From positions 2,609 through 66,608 of the forward strand of contig JAQBHI010000177.1 of NCBI GenBank assembly GCA_032127875.1: a stretch of 64,000 nt of DNA, written 5' to 3'. Each line of letters begins with the position of its first letter. Within the stretch, counting starts at the first letter, position 1. This stretch comes from Acidobacteriota bacterium. Its GTDB lineage: Bacteria; Acidobacteriota; Vicinamibacteria; Fen-336. The position numbers and the translations under genes are program-made. The notes under the pieces were generated by a model. The model was not told the DNA's origin and did not search any database. It saw nothing but the letters and a program-made list of their open reading frames with translations. Below, piece after piece: positions 30,509 to 37,828 of the stretch.

Positions 30509-30536
30509 AAAAAAAGAGCGCGCCTTCCGGCGCGCT
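30509..30536 (-). terminator. Possible minus-strand intrinsic terminator
   Basis: Minus strand reads AGCGCGCC-GGAA-GGCGCGCT-CTTTTTTT. Confidence 0.5.
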
Positions 30537-30565
30537 GTCAGGGGGTCTTGAACCCCCGACGACGT

Positions 30566-30597
30566 GAGGCCCGGAGCCAAAGGTTCCGGGCCTCTTT
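30566..30597 (+). terminator. Intrinsic terminator
   Basis: GAGGCCCGGAGCC-AAA-GGTTCCGGGCCTC followed by TTT. Confidence 0.7.
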
Positions 30598-30614
30598 AAA
30601 TGGTTAGTCATCGA

Positions 30615-30779
30615 CCCCCCACCCTGTCCCTCCCCCCGTAGGGGGAGGGAACCGCCACGCCGACGACCTCGCCCCGCATCCGTTGCTTCGCTCACCCCGC
30701 CTCCCCACGTTAGGGGGAGGGAACCGCCCTTGGAGCTACGACCGCCCATTCCCCCTGCTTCGCGGGAGGGAACGGGCGG
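30615..30779. repeat. Cluster of REP-like palindromic repeats (2 clear copies, 1 degenerate)
   Basis: Exact 18-mer TAGGGGGAGGGAACCGCC at 30639-30656 and 30711-30728; stem TCCCTCCCCC-CGTA-GGGGGAGGGA; third GGGAGGGAAC at 30764-30773. Confidence 0.7.
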
Positions 30780-30816
30780 CGGCTTGCGGGCCCTGCGTTC
30801 CCGGCTGCTGCGGGCG

Positions 30817-32523
30817 CTACTTGGGAAGCGGCGGAATGCTGATCCGCAGGTCTCCGTCGTCAGTCTCGAGCAGCACGTCGGTCGACTCGACAGCCTTCAC
30901 GACCGCGTTCGCCAGCCGCTCGCCCGCGCGGTAGGTGAGCAGCGCGCCATTGGGCGAGTACGCGAAGACCGAGTACCCGGCGCCGCTGGTGGCGATCCCC
31001 GCGGGCTCGAACTCCAGGAGCGAGAGATCCGGCGCGCGCAGCACCAACCGCGGCGCAACCCCTTCCGCCGCCACGGGCAGCGGCGTTTCGCCCGAGCCTC
31101 CGGGGCGTGTGAGCGTGCGGCGGTCCTCCTCGAGTCGTTCTGTGAGGCCTGCGCACTCGAGGACGGCGGCACGCAGGGCCGCCAGCGGCATGTCCCTGAC
31201 CCAAACGGAGGCGCGCCCAAGGAAGCCAGGCGGCCCGAGTGAGGCGAGGCCCGGGTCCACGTCGGTCATTACCGCGAGGATGTCCCGGACGCTGGCGCGC
31301 TTCAGCTCGAAACTGGCGATGGCGGTCGAAAGCGGCGGCGCCTGGTCGACGGGCGCGGGCCGGCTCCCTTTCGGCGCCGACTTCTTCGCCGGCGGGTTCT
31401 CCCCATTCGCCTTCGAGACGCGCCGGATCAGCCCAGCTTCGGAGATGCGCAGGTTGGCGCTCTTCGCGAGGCCGGCCAGCGCCTCCTCGAGGCTCACCCG
31501 TGCGAACTCCACGTGGACTCGGCCCGCGACATCGCCGTCCACGAGAAAGCCCTGGCCTGTCAGGTTGTGCAGGACGCGAAAGACGTCGGGAAGATCGGTG
31601 TCCCGCAGCCGCAGGCTGAGCGGCCCGTGGCCAGGCGTCCTGGGGGTCGCTCCGCGCACGACGGCGATGCGCGTGGCGTCGCGATCGACGGCGCACGAGG
31701 CATCCTGCTCTTCGAAAGGATCCTCCGTCGGGAGCGGCAACTCGGCCTCGGGCCCCACCACCGGGCTCGTGCCGCGCGCCTCGAAGCGCAGACAGGCCCC
31801 CTGGCGGGTCATCAGGAACTGCGAGAGCCGGAAGAAGCCGCGTTCGAGCCGGGACTCCAGCCCATGGGCCGAGGCATTGCCGATGGTCAGGCCACGGATC
31901 GAGAACTCTTCTCCGAGCACTGCCGAGATCAGCAGCACCGGCCGGTCGCGGACGACCGCCGACAGTTCCGACAGGAACACGCGCGGGTTACGGCGCGCGC
32001 GTCTCAGGGCGGCGATCATCTCCGACTTCGCGAGGGCCAGCGCCTGATCCGCCACGAACGCGTCGGCTTGCGGCCGCGGCATCCCGCTCGCGCGGGCTCG
32101 CGTGCCTTCGGGTGGCTGAGGCAGCGGCGCCCGCAGTGGTCGAAACGGAACCCTGATCACCGCCGTCAGCCGCACCGCATCGCCCGGGGTTGCCGTGAGC
32201 GTGAGGTTGTCGACGTCGAGCAGCCGGTGAGAGAGGGCCACCTGCCGGAAGAATCGGTCTATGTCGGCGTAGCGCCCGACGCCGGAGACATCGACGAGCA
32301 CGTCTCCACGCGGGCCGTTTTCGATCGGCGGGCGCGCGAGGGCCTCCACCGAGAACAGCTGTGCGGCGTCGGCGAGGTCGTGAACCAGTGCGGCATCGCC
32401 TGTGGGATTCGCGGCATCGGGCAGGATTCGCCGCAACGTCTCCAGGCGCCGGTCGAGAAGCAGGCGTTCCTCGCTGAAGGGACGTACCACCGAAGACGCG
32501 GCCAGCACCAGGGCAAGAAGCAT
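30817..32523 (-). CDS. Multidomain type IV pilus alignment-like fusion protein (PilO-like, PilN-like, two secretin N0/STN-like, PilP-like)
   Basis: LRRILP...G.Y.DI.RFF..VA...RLL.V.NL.L (PilO); RRNP..FL.EL...V.L.S...F.IRG (PilN); LSL.LRD.DL.DVFR.L...TG..F.VDGDV.GRV (N0); LSL.EF...GI......Y..GE.L.N.VV..V....V (PilP). Confidence 0.7.
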   Translation of the reverse strand: MLLALVLAASSVVRPFSEERLLLDRRLETLRRILPDAANPTGDAALVHDLADAAQLFSVEALARPPIENGPRGDVLVDVSGVGRYADIDRFFRQVALSHRLLDVDNLTLTATPGDAVRLTAVIRVPFRPLRAPLPQPPEGTRARASGMPRPQADAFVADQALALAKSEMIAALRRARRNPRVFLSELSAVVRDRPVLLISAVLGEEFSIRGLTIGNASAHGLESRLERGFFRLSQFLMTRQGACLRFEARGTSPVVGPEAELPLPTEDPFEEQDASCAVDRDATRIAVVRGATPRTPGHGPLSLRLRDTDLPDVFRVLHNLTGQGFLVDGDVAGRVHVEFARVSLEEALAGLAKSANLRISEAGLIRRVSKANGENPPAKKSAPKGSRPAPVDQAPPLSTAIASFELKRASVRDILAVMTDVDPGLASLGPPGFLGRASVWVRDMPLAALRAAVLECAGLTERLEEDRRTLTRPGGSGETPLPVAAEGVAPRLVLRAPDLSLLEFEPAGIATSGAGYSVFAYSPNGALLTYRAGERLANAVVKAVESTDVLLETDDGDLRISIPPLPK

Positions 32524-32588
32524 GAGCGCCGCATCTTACACCGCGCTCTCGGAGCTTCCGATGGCCGGCGAGCTGAGCGAGGCGGCGG

Positions 32589-32849
32589 CTATTGTGCCTT
32601 GTCGGTGGCGATCTCGACGGCCACCGTGGTGAAGTCGCTCTCCCACTCGCCGCCGCAGGTCGGTTGCGGGCAGCAGCCAGGGGCCGCCGTGGTCGAACAC
32701 GAATTGGACCCAGCGCTCGGCGTCGGGTGTCAGCAGCCTGCGCCGGGGGCGACGAACGTTCCGCGCGCTCGGAGCCAGGTGTCGTGCGCATGGACACTCG
32801 CCGCGCTGGTCATAAGCGCGACAGCCAGACAACTGCTCCAAGCTTTCAC
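32589..32849 (-). pseudogene. DUF4198-family periplasmic metal-binding protein remnant, internally deleted and frameshifted
   Basis: Signal peptide + AHDTWL....FVAPG; then out of frame DAERWVQFVFDHGGPWLL.ATDLR; then EWESDFTTVAVEI*. Confidence 0.6.
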
Positions 32850-32884
32850 GACTCTGATCTTGAGGCGAGTCGAGCCTTTCACGC

Positions 32885-32938
32885 TTGACAAGCGCCGGCC
32901 CGGATCGCTAGCATTATGAATATGAAACTCACGTTCAT
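32885..32938 (+). promoter_or_regulatory. Sigma-70 promoter with adjacent Fur-box-like inverted repeat
   Basis: TTGACA (32885-32890), 18 bp, TAGCAT (32909-32914); ATGAATATGA-AAC-TCACGTTCAT (32916-32938), 8/10 inverted repeat. Confidence 0.65.
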
Positions 32939-34292
32939 GTTCAGCAAGGTCGCGATTCTGGCGGCACTGCTCCTGGCGGCTCCGGCCGGTGCGGAGGAGT
33001 CGCTCGCCGATCTGAAAGAGACGGTGACGGCGCTGCAGGCAGAAGTCGCGCGGCTGCGGGCCGAAGGCGCGTCGGCCGACCGGTTGTCCGAGATCGAACG
33101 GCGCATCGACTTGCTGGCTGCGGAGCTCGAGAAGCTGCGCACAGGCGGAGCGACCGAGACGGAAGCCCCCGCGAAAGGGGAACATGGCTTCGCACCCGCG
33201 GCCTCCAAGGTCTACCGCAAGGCGAGTGGCGTCTCACTCGGTGGCTATGGCGAGGCGCTCTACCAGAATTTCGCGAAGCAGGCGCAAGACGGCTCGGCCG
33301 CGGAGCAACGGAACCAACTCGACCTGGTGCGAGTCATTCTCTACGCGGGCTACAAGTTCAGCGACAGCATCCTGTTCAATTCCGAGATCGAGTTCGAGCA
33401 CGCCACCACTGGCGAGGGCGCCGAGGAGCGTGGGGAAGTGTCCGTCGAGTTCGGGTATCTCGACTTCAAGCCGTGGCAAAAGGTCGGCCTCCGTGCGGGC
33501 ATGGTCCTGCTGCCGCTGGGCTTCGTCAACGAGCTGCACGAGCCGCCGATCTTTCTCGGTGCGCGGCGGCCGGAGGTCGCTCGGGCCATCGTCCCCACGA
33601 CCTGGAGAGAGGTCGGCGCGGGCCTCTTCGGCGAGACCGGACCGCTGCAATGGAGGGCCTACGTCGTGGCGGGGCTGAACTCGTCCGGCTTTTCGGACGC
33701 GGGCCTCAGGGAGGGGCGCCAGCAGGGCTCGCAGAGCCTCGCCGAGGATCTTGCTCTCACCGGGCGCCTCGACTATGTCGGCGCGCCGGGGCTGCTGCTC
33801 GGCGCGTCGGTGTTCACCGGCAACTCAGGGCAGGGCGCGAGCGTCGACGGCCAGACGATCAAGGGCCGCGTCACGCTGTTCGACGTGCACGGCCAATACG
33901 AACGCCGCGGGCTTTGGCTGCGGGCGCTCTACGCGCAGTCGAGTGTCGGGGACGCGGCGCTGATCAACGCCCAGAACGGCCTCCATGGCGACAAATCGGT
34001 GGGCAGCCGCCAGAACGGCTTCTACGCCGAGGTCGGCTATGACGTATTGACCGCACACCCAAGAGGGCAATGGGCCGTCATACCCTTCATCCGCTACGAA
34101 AAACTCGATACGCAGCAGCGCCTGCCGGCCGGTTTCGAGAAAAACCCTGCGCGCGACCGGAAAGTGCTCACGGCAGGCATCTCGGTCAAGCCCGTCACGA
34201 ATGTCGTCCTCAAGGCGGACTACCAGGCGCATCCGAACCAGGCTCGAACGGGGGTCAGCCAGTTCAACCTGGCCGTCGGGTTCCTGTTCTAG
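32922..34292 (+). CDS. Outer-membrane beta-barrel porin with N-terminal coiled coil (start 32916, 32922 or 32937)
   Basis: Signal peptide; SLGGYGE, R.ILY.GY.F...I.FNSEIEFEH, EVSVEF.YLDF, NELHEP..F....RP, IVPTTWRE.G, LREGRQ.GS; C-terminal Phe (LAVGFLF). Confidence 0.85.
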   Translation: MKLTFMFSKVAILAALLLAAPAGAEESLADLKETVTALQAEVARLRAEGASADRLSEIERRIDLLAAELEKLRTGGATETEAPAKGEHGFAPAASKVYRKASGVSLGGYGEALYQNFAKQAQDGSAAEQRNQLDLVRVILYAGYKFSDSILFNSEIEFEHATTGEGAEERGEVSVEFGYLDFKPWQKVGLRAGMVLLPLGFVNELHEPPIFLGARRPEVARAIVPTTWREVGAGLFGETGPLQWRAYVVAGLNSSGFSDAGLREGRQQGSQSLAEDLALTGRLDYVGAPGLLLGASVFTGNSGQGASVDGQTIKGRVTLFDVHGQYERRGLWLRALYAQSSVGDAALINAQNGLHGDKSVGSRQNGFYAEVGYDVLTAHPRGQWAVIPFIRYEKLDTQQRLPAGFEKNPARDRKVLTAGISVKPVTNVVLKADYQAHPNQARTGVSQFNLAVGFLF

Positions 34293-34369
34293 GCCCGCGG
34301 GCAATCTTCGCGGCGCGAGCAGGCACAGGTTCGAGGATGCAGTACGCTTTGCCTTCCCGAGGTCGTTGA

Positions 34370-34936
34370 ATGAGGACTTTCGCCAACTCCGGCTCCGGTC
34401 GCCTGCGCAGCGTGCTCCTGGCGACAGCGCTGTTTGTAGCGACGAGCGGACGGGCGGATGCCGAGGTCGTGATGACCGAGAAGGCCGCACTGGCGCGCGC
34501 CTTCCCCGGCGCAAGTCCTGAGCGGCGGACCCTCTTCCTCACGTCGGAGCAGGTCTCGGCGGTGGAAGAAGCAGCGCGCTCCCGGTTGCCCTCGGCGGTC
34601 GTCACGGTCTTCGAGGCGCGGGCCGAAGGCAAGCTGACGGGCCGCGCCATTCTCGACACGCACCTGGTCCGGACCATGCCCGAGACCCTGCTCACGGTCG
34701 TCGAACCCGATGGTCACCTGCGCCTGGCGCTCGTCTTGCAGTTCGGCGAGCCGCCGGACTACCTGCCGCGCGAGGGCTGGCTCAAGACGATGGAGGGCAA
34801 GTCTCTCGACGACGAGCTGTGGCCCGGGCGCGGCGTGCGGCGAGTGACGGGATCGACACTCACGGTCCAGGCGCTCACCGAGGCGCTGCGGCGCTCCCTC
34901 GCGATCGAGAAGCTCGTGCTGGCGGCGGCGCCATGA
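34370..34936 (+). CDS. Exported FMN-binding domain protein (putative ApbE flavinylation substrate)
   Basis: AL..AFP, H.VRT, F.EP.DY.P...WL....GK, VTGSTLT (variant of the [S/T]GA[S/T] motif). Confidence 0.8.
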   Translation: MRTFANSGSGRLRSVLLATALFVATSGRADAEVVMTEKAALARAFPGASPERRTLFLTSEQVSAVEEAARSRLPSAVVTVFEARAEGKLTGRAILDTHLVRTMPETLLTVVEPDGHLRLALVLQFGEPPDYLPREGWLKTMEGKSLDDELWPGRGVRRVTGSTLTVQALTEALRRSLAIEKLVLAAAP

Positions 34937-35490
34937 AGTACATGCAGGAGGGCGGCTTCCAAAACAACCCGCTGATGCGACTCACGCTGGGGCTGACGCT
35001 CGCCCTGCTGCTCGGCTTCTGGGCCACGAACCTGGCGATGTACTTCTCGCGGATGAACCTCAAGCCCAGTTCCGTGGTGACCTACTACAACGGTTCGGAA
35101 GAGGACTTTCGGGCACCCCGCTCTGCCGGCTCGATGCTCGAGACGACGCACATGCACCTGCCCATGATGGGCGTGGTGCTGTTGCTGCTCACGCATCTCG
35201 CTATCTTCGTGCCGCTGTCGCGCGGCGCCAGGGTCGGTCTGATCCTCACCGCGTTCGGATCGGCGGTTTTCGAGGAGGCGGGGGGGTGGCTCGTCCGCTT
35301 CGTGAGCCCGGACTTCGCCCCGCTCAAGGTGATCGGCTTCGTTGGCCTGCAGTCCGCGATCGCCTTGTTGATCTTCGCTCTGGGCGTGTTCCTCTTCGGG
35401 GCCTCGCGACGCCCGGCGGCGGCCCGCGCGAATGGCGGCGCTCCGGTCGACGCTGCCGAGGATGCCGCCGAGCCCCGGGGCGGGGTATAG
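34933..35490 (+). CDS. Four-TM membrane protein with His residues (possible heme/redox partner)
   Basis: ATG overlaps upstream TGA; YYNG.E, LETTHMHL..M......LTHL, WLVRF. Confidence 0.75.
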   Translation: MKYMQEGGFQNNPLMRLTLGLTLALLLGFWATNLAMYFSRMNLKPSSVVTYYNGSEEDFRAPRSAGSMLETTHMHLPMMGVVLLLLTHLAIFVPLSRGARVGLILTAFGSAVFEEAGGWLVRFVSPDFAPLKVIGFVGLQSAIALLIFALGVFLFGASRRPAAARANGGAPVDAAEDAAEPRGGV

Positions 35491-35606
35491 CGCGTCCAAG
35501 GGGACCGCCACGATTGGATGAAGCAGCCCTGGCTGATCGAGCACTGGGCCACTTGAGCAATGCTCGCCTTCGGTCAACATCGAGAGCGAGCCCTCCCGAG
35601 CACCCT

Positions 35607-36599
35607 TCACTCGCGCAGGCTGACGCCGGGGGCTAGTTCGAGCCCGTGGTCGCGGGCAAAGCCCCGAGTCGCCCGCAACACTCTCACGCCGGATTCGCGC
35701 AGCAGGACGAAGCCTGCCGCTCCTCGGTGCTTGAGCAATCGCAGGCCAGCATCCGCGCCGAGAACCAGGACCGCAGTCGACAGAGCGTCGGCTTCGATGC
35801 CTTTGGACGTGACCACCGTGGACGAGAGCAGGCTGCGCGCTGGCTGACCGGTTCGCGGATCGAGAACGTGGACGCCTTTCTGGTCGGAACCGGAAGTCGA
35901 TACCGCCCCGCCATCAACGCGAAAGACCGCCCAGGGCGCGCCGGGGTCGCCAGCTCGCGCCTCGGGATCGCGCACTTCCAGATCGATGCTCTTGCCGAAC
36001 ACGCCCAGTGTGCTCTCGCCTAGCGACACGAATCCCGTGTCTACGCCCGCCGAGCGGAGCGCCGCGAGAGCCAGGTCCGCCGCATAGCCCTTGGCGATGC
36101 CACCGAGATCGAGACGCGTGCCCGGATCGAGACGCACGCTCCCCGAGTCCGGATCCAGATGAACTTTGCGGTACCCGACGCGTGCCAAGAGCGCGGCGCG
36201 TTCGTCGGGTGACAGCTTGAGAGGCGATTGGCCGAGGCCACCCCCCGCGCGGACGAGTGGCTCCACCGAGGGATCGAAGGCGCCGCCCGAAACTGCGGCG
36301 ATCTCGAGCGCGCTCTCGAGGACCACCCGCAGAACGTGGCTGGGCTGGCCCTCGCCCGCGTCGTTGAGTCGTTGCAGCTCGCTCGGTCTCCAAAGCGACA
36401 TCGCTTCGTCGACGCGGGTGAGGGCCGAAAAGGCGGCTGCCAGCGCGAGGCTGGCCTCGGTCGGGCCTGCCGCTTCGATCTCGGCAGTCGTGCCCATGAC
36501 GAGCCGAATCTCGCGCACCACCGGAGTCGAGCCCGCTTGCGTGGCGTTCCCGCAAGCCAGCGCCATCGCGATCGACAGCGCGTGGACGAAGGCCCTCAT
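35607..36599 (-). CDS. apbE: FAD:protein FMN transferase, lipoprotein
   Basis: Lipobox ALAC; MGT, SEL..LN, GAFDP.V, DLGGIAKG, STSG, H.LDPRTG, ADALSTA. Confidence 0.93.
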   Translation of the reverse strand: MRAFVHALSIAMALACGNATQAGSTPVVREIRLVMGTTAEIEAAGPTEASLALAAAFSALTRVDEAMSLWRPSELQRLNDAGEGQPSHVLRVVLESALEIAAVSGGAFDPSVEPLVRAGGGLGQSPLKLSPDERAALLARVGYRKVHLDPDSGSVRLDPGTRLDLGGIAKGYAADLALAALRSAGVDTGFVSLGESTLGVFGKSIDLEVRDPEARAGDPGAPWAVFRVDGGAVSTSGSDQKGVHVLDPRTGQPARSLLSSTVVTSKGIEADALSTAVLVLGADAGLRLLKHRGAAGFVLLRESGVRVLRATRGFARDHGLELAPGVSLRE

Positions 36600-36667
36600 C
36601 GATTCGATTGTAGTGCGTCACGCACCGGGAATTGCCCAGTCTGGGTCGCGCCTTTAGACTGACCCGC

Positions 36668-37828
36668 GTGTCGTCCGCGCGGCAGACTGCCCTGGGCGTG
36701 CTGGCGGCCGCGCTGCTCGTGGCCCTGAACGTCGCCTGGGTCGCTCGGGCGCTCGGCCCGCCGCCGCATCGGCCCCGCGAAGTGCTCGAGCTCGACCACC
36801 GTCGCTACATCGCGATGGCCGGCGAGCTGCCCGGGGCCTCCCCGAGCGCGCACAGCCGCGAGGCCCCGTTCTGCTGGCGCATCCTGTCGCCACTGCTCGT
36901 CCACGGTGCGACGCGCGCCGGGGTCGACTTGCATCTCGGCTACTGGGCCTCGACGACGCTGTTCCTGATCCTGTTTCTGCTGGCGCTGTTTCGGTATCTC
37001 GTGGCGCTTGGTCTCGACACGGCGCAGGCGCTCTTCGGCATGGCTCTCGCCAGCCTGATGCCGGGGGCCCTGCGTTGGTACACCTACCAGTACTGGATGC
37101 CTGATCCGTTGTGCCTGTTCCTGGTCGTCCTCGGCCTGCACCTCGTGCACCGTGGCCGCCACGCAGCACTGTCGCTCGTCGCCCTGGCAGGTCTGCTCAC
37201 ACGCGAGACCTGGCTGCTGGTGATCGTCTACGCGCTCGTGCGCTGGACCCGCGTCGAGGGCCTGCGCGCGTCGCTGCGTCGCGGGCTCACGCTCTTCGCG
37301 CTGCCGCTCGTGGCGTTCGGCGTGGTGAGGGTGCTGATCCTCCCACAGGCTGGGCCGACGCTGCTGGACGCTGCGCGCGAGATGCTCGCCTTCCGTGCGC
37401 GACACCTGTTCGAGAACCAGCTGTACTTCGCGACCCTCGGCAGCTTCGGCGTGCTGGTCCCGCTACTGCTCGCGCGCGCGGCAAGAATTCCCCGCTTTGC
37501 GCGCGAGCACCCCGAGGACGTGGCGCTGGTTGCGATGGCCTATGCATCGCTCGCGTTTGCGAACAACACCGACCGGCTGCTGGTCTACGCGCTGCCGGTT
37601 CTGATTCCAGCTTCGCTGCGAGTTATCGGTTCGCTGTCCCGAGAGGAGCGCTGGTCGAGAGCGGGCCTGATGCTCGCGGTTCTGTTGTTGCAGGCTCTCG
37701 TCTACGTACAGACGCCGTTTTACGGCACGCCTGGGCTCAGCATGCTCCAGCCCATACAGTGGACGGTGATCGCCGGGCTGGGGTGCTTCTGGCTGCTGTT
37801 GTGTCGTCGCGCCGCGCGTCGGGCCTAG
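36668..37828 (+). CDS. Multi-pass membrane protein, GT-C-like
   Basis: D...YIAMA after TM1, PF.WRIL.P, DP, RET; about 10 TM; GTG 7 nt after TAGACT. Confidence 0.7.
   Translation: MSSARQTALGVLAAALLVALNVAWVARALGPPPHRPREVLELDHRRYIAMAGELPGASPSAHSREAPFCWRILSPLLVHGATRAGVDLHLGYWASTTLFLILFLLALFRYLVALGLDTAQALFGMALASLMPGALRWYTYQYWMPDPLCLFLVVLGLHLVHRGRHAALSLVALAGLLTRETWLLVIVYALVRWTRVEGLRASLRRGLTLFALPLVAFGVVRVLILPQAGPTLLDAAREMLAFRARHLFENQLYFATLGSFGVLVPLLLARAARIPRFAREHPEDVALVAMAYASLAFANNTDRLLVYALPVLIPASLRVIGSLSREERWSRAGLMLAVLLLQALVYVQTPFYGTPGLSMLQPIQWTVIAGLGCFWLLLCRRAARRA

Larger units (their letters stand above)
30392..30597 (+). ncRNA. Putative structured non-coding RNA of unrecognised family (~205 nt)
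   Basis: Own promoter and terminator; hairpins 30401-30423, 30433-30460, 30463-30491, 30517-30536, 30537-30560; G-U pairs favour the + strand; no downstream same-strand gene. Confidence 0.6.

Noticed and set aside
30537-30560. tRNA-like T-arm on the minus strand (GGGGG-TTCAAGA-CCCCC)
   Set aside because: No acceptor stem, D-arm, anticodon arm or CCA can be built around it
30392-30597. Assignment of the RNA as 6S, SRP, tmRNA, RNase P, riboswitch or CsrB-type sponge
   Set aside because: No long closing helix (6S), no CAGG-CC-GGAA-GG-AGCA core (SRP), too short and lacking termini for tmRNA/RNase P, no downstream gene; most GGA motifs lie in stems, not loops
30615-30779. CRISPR array
   Set aside because: Only two exact 18-bp copies with irregular spacing and no cas genes
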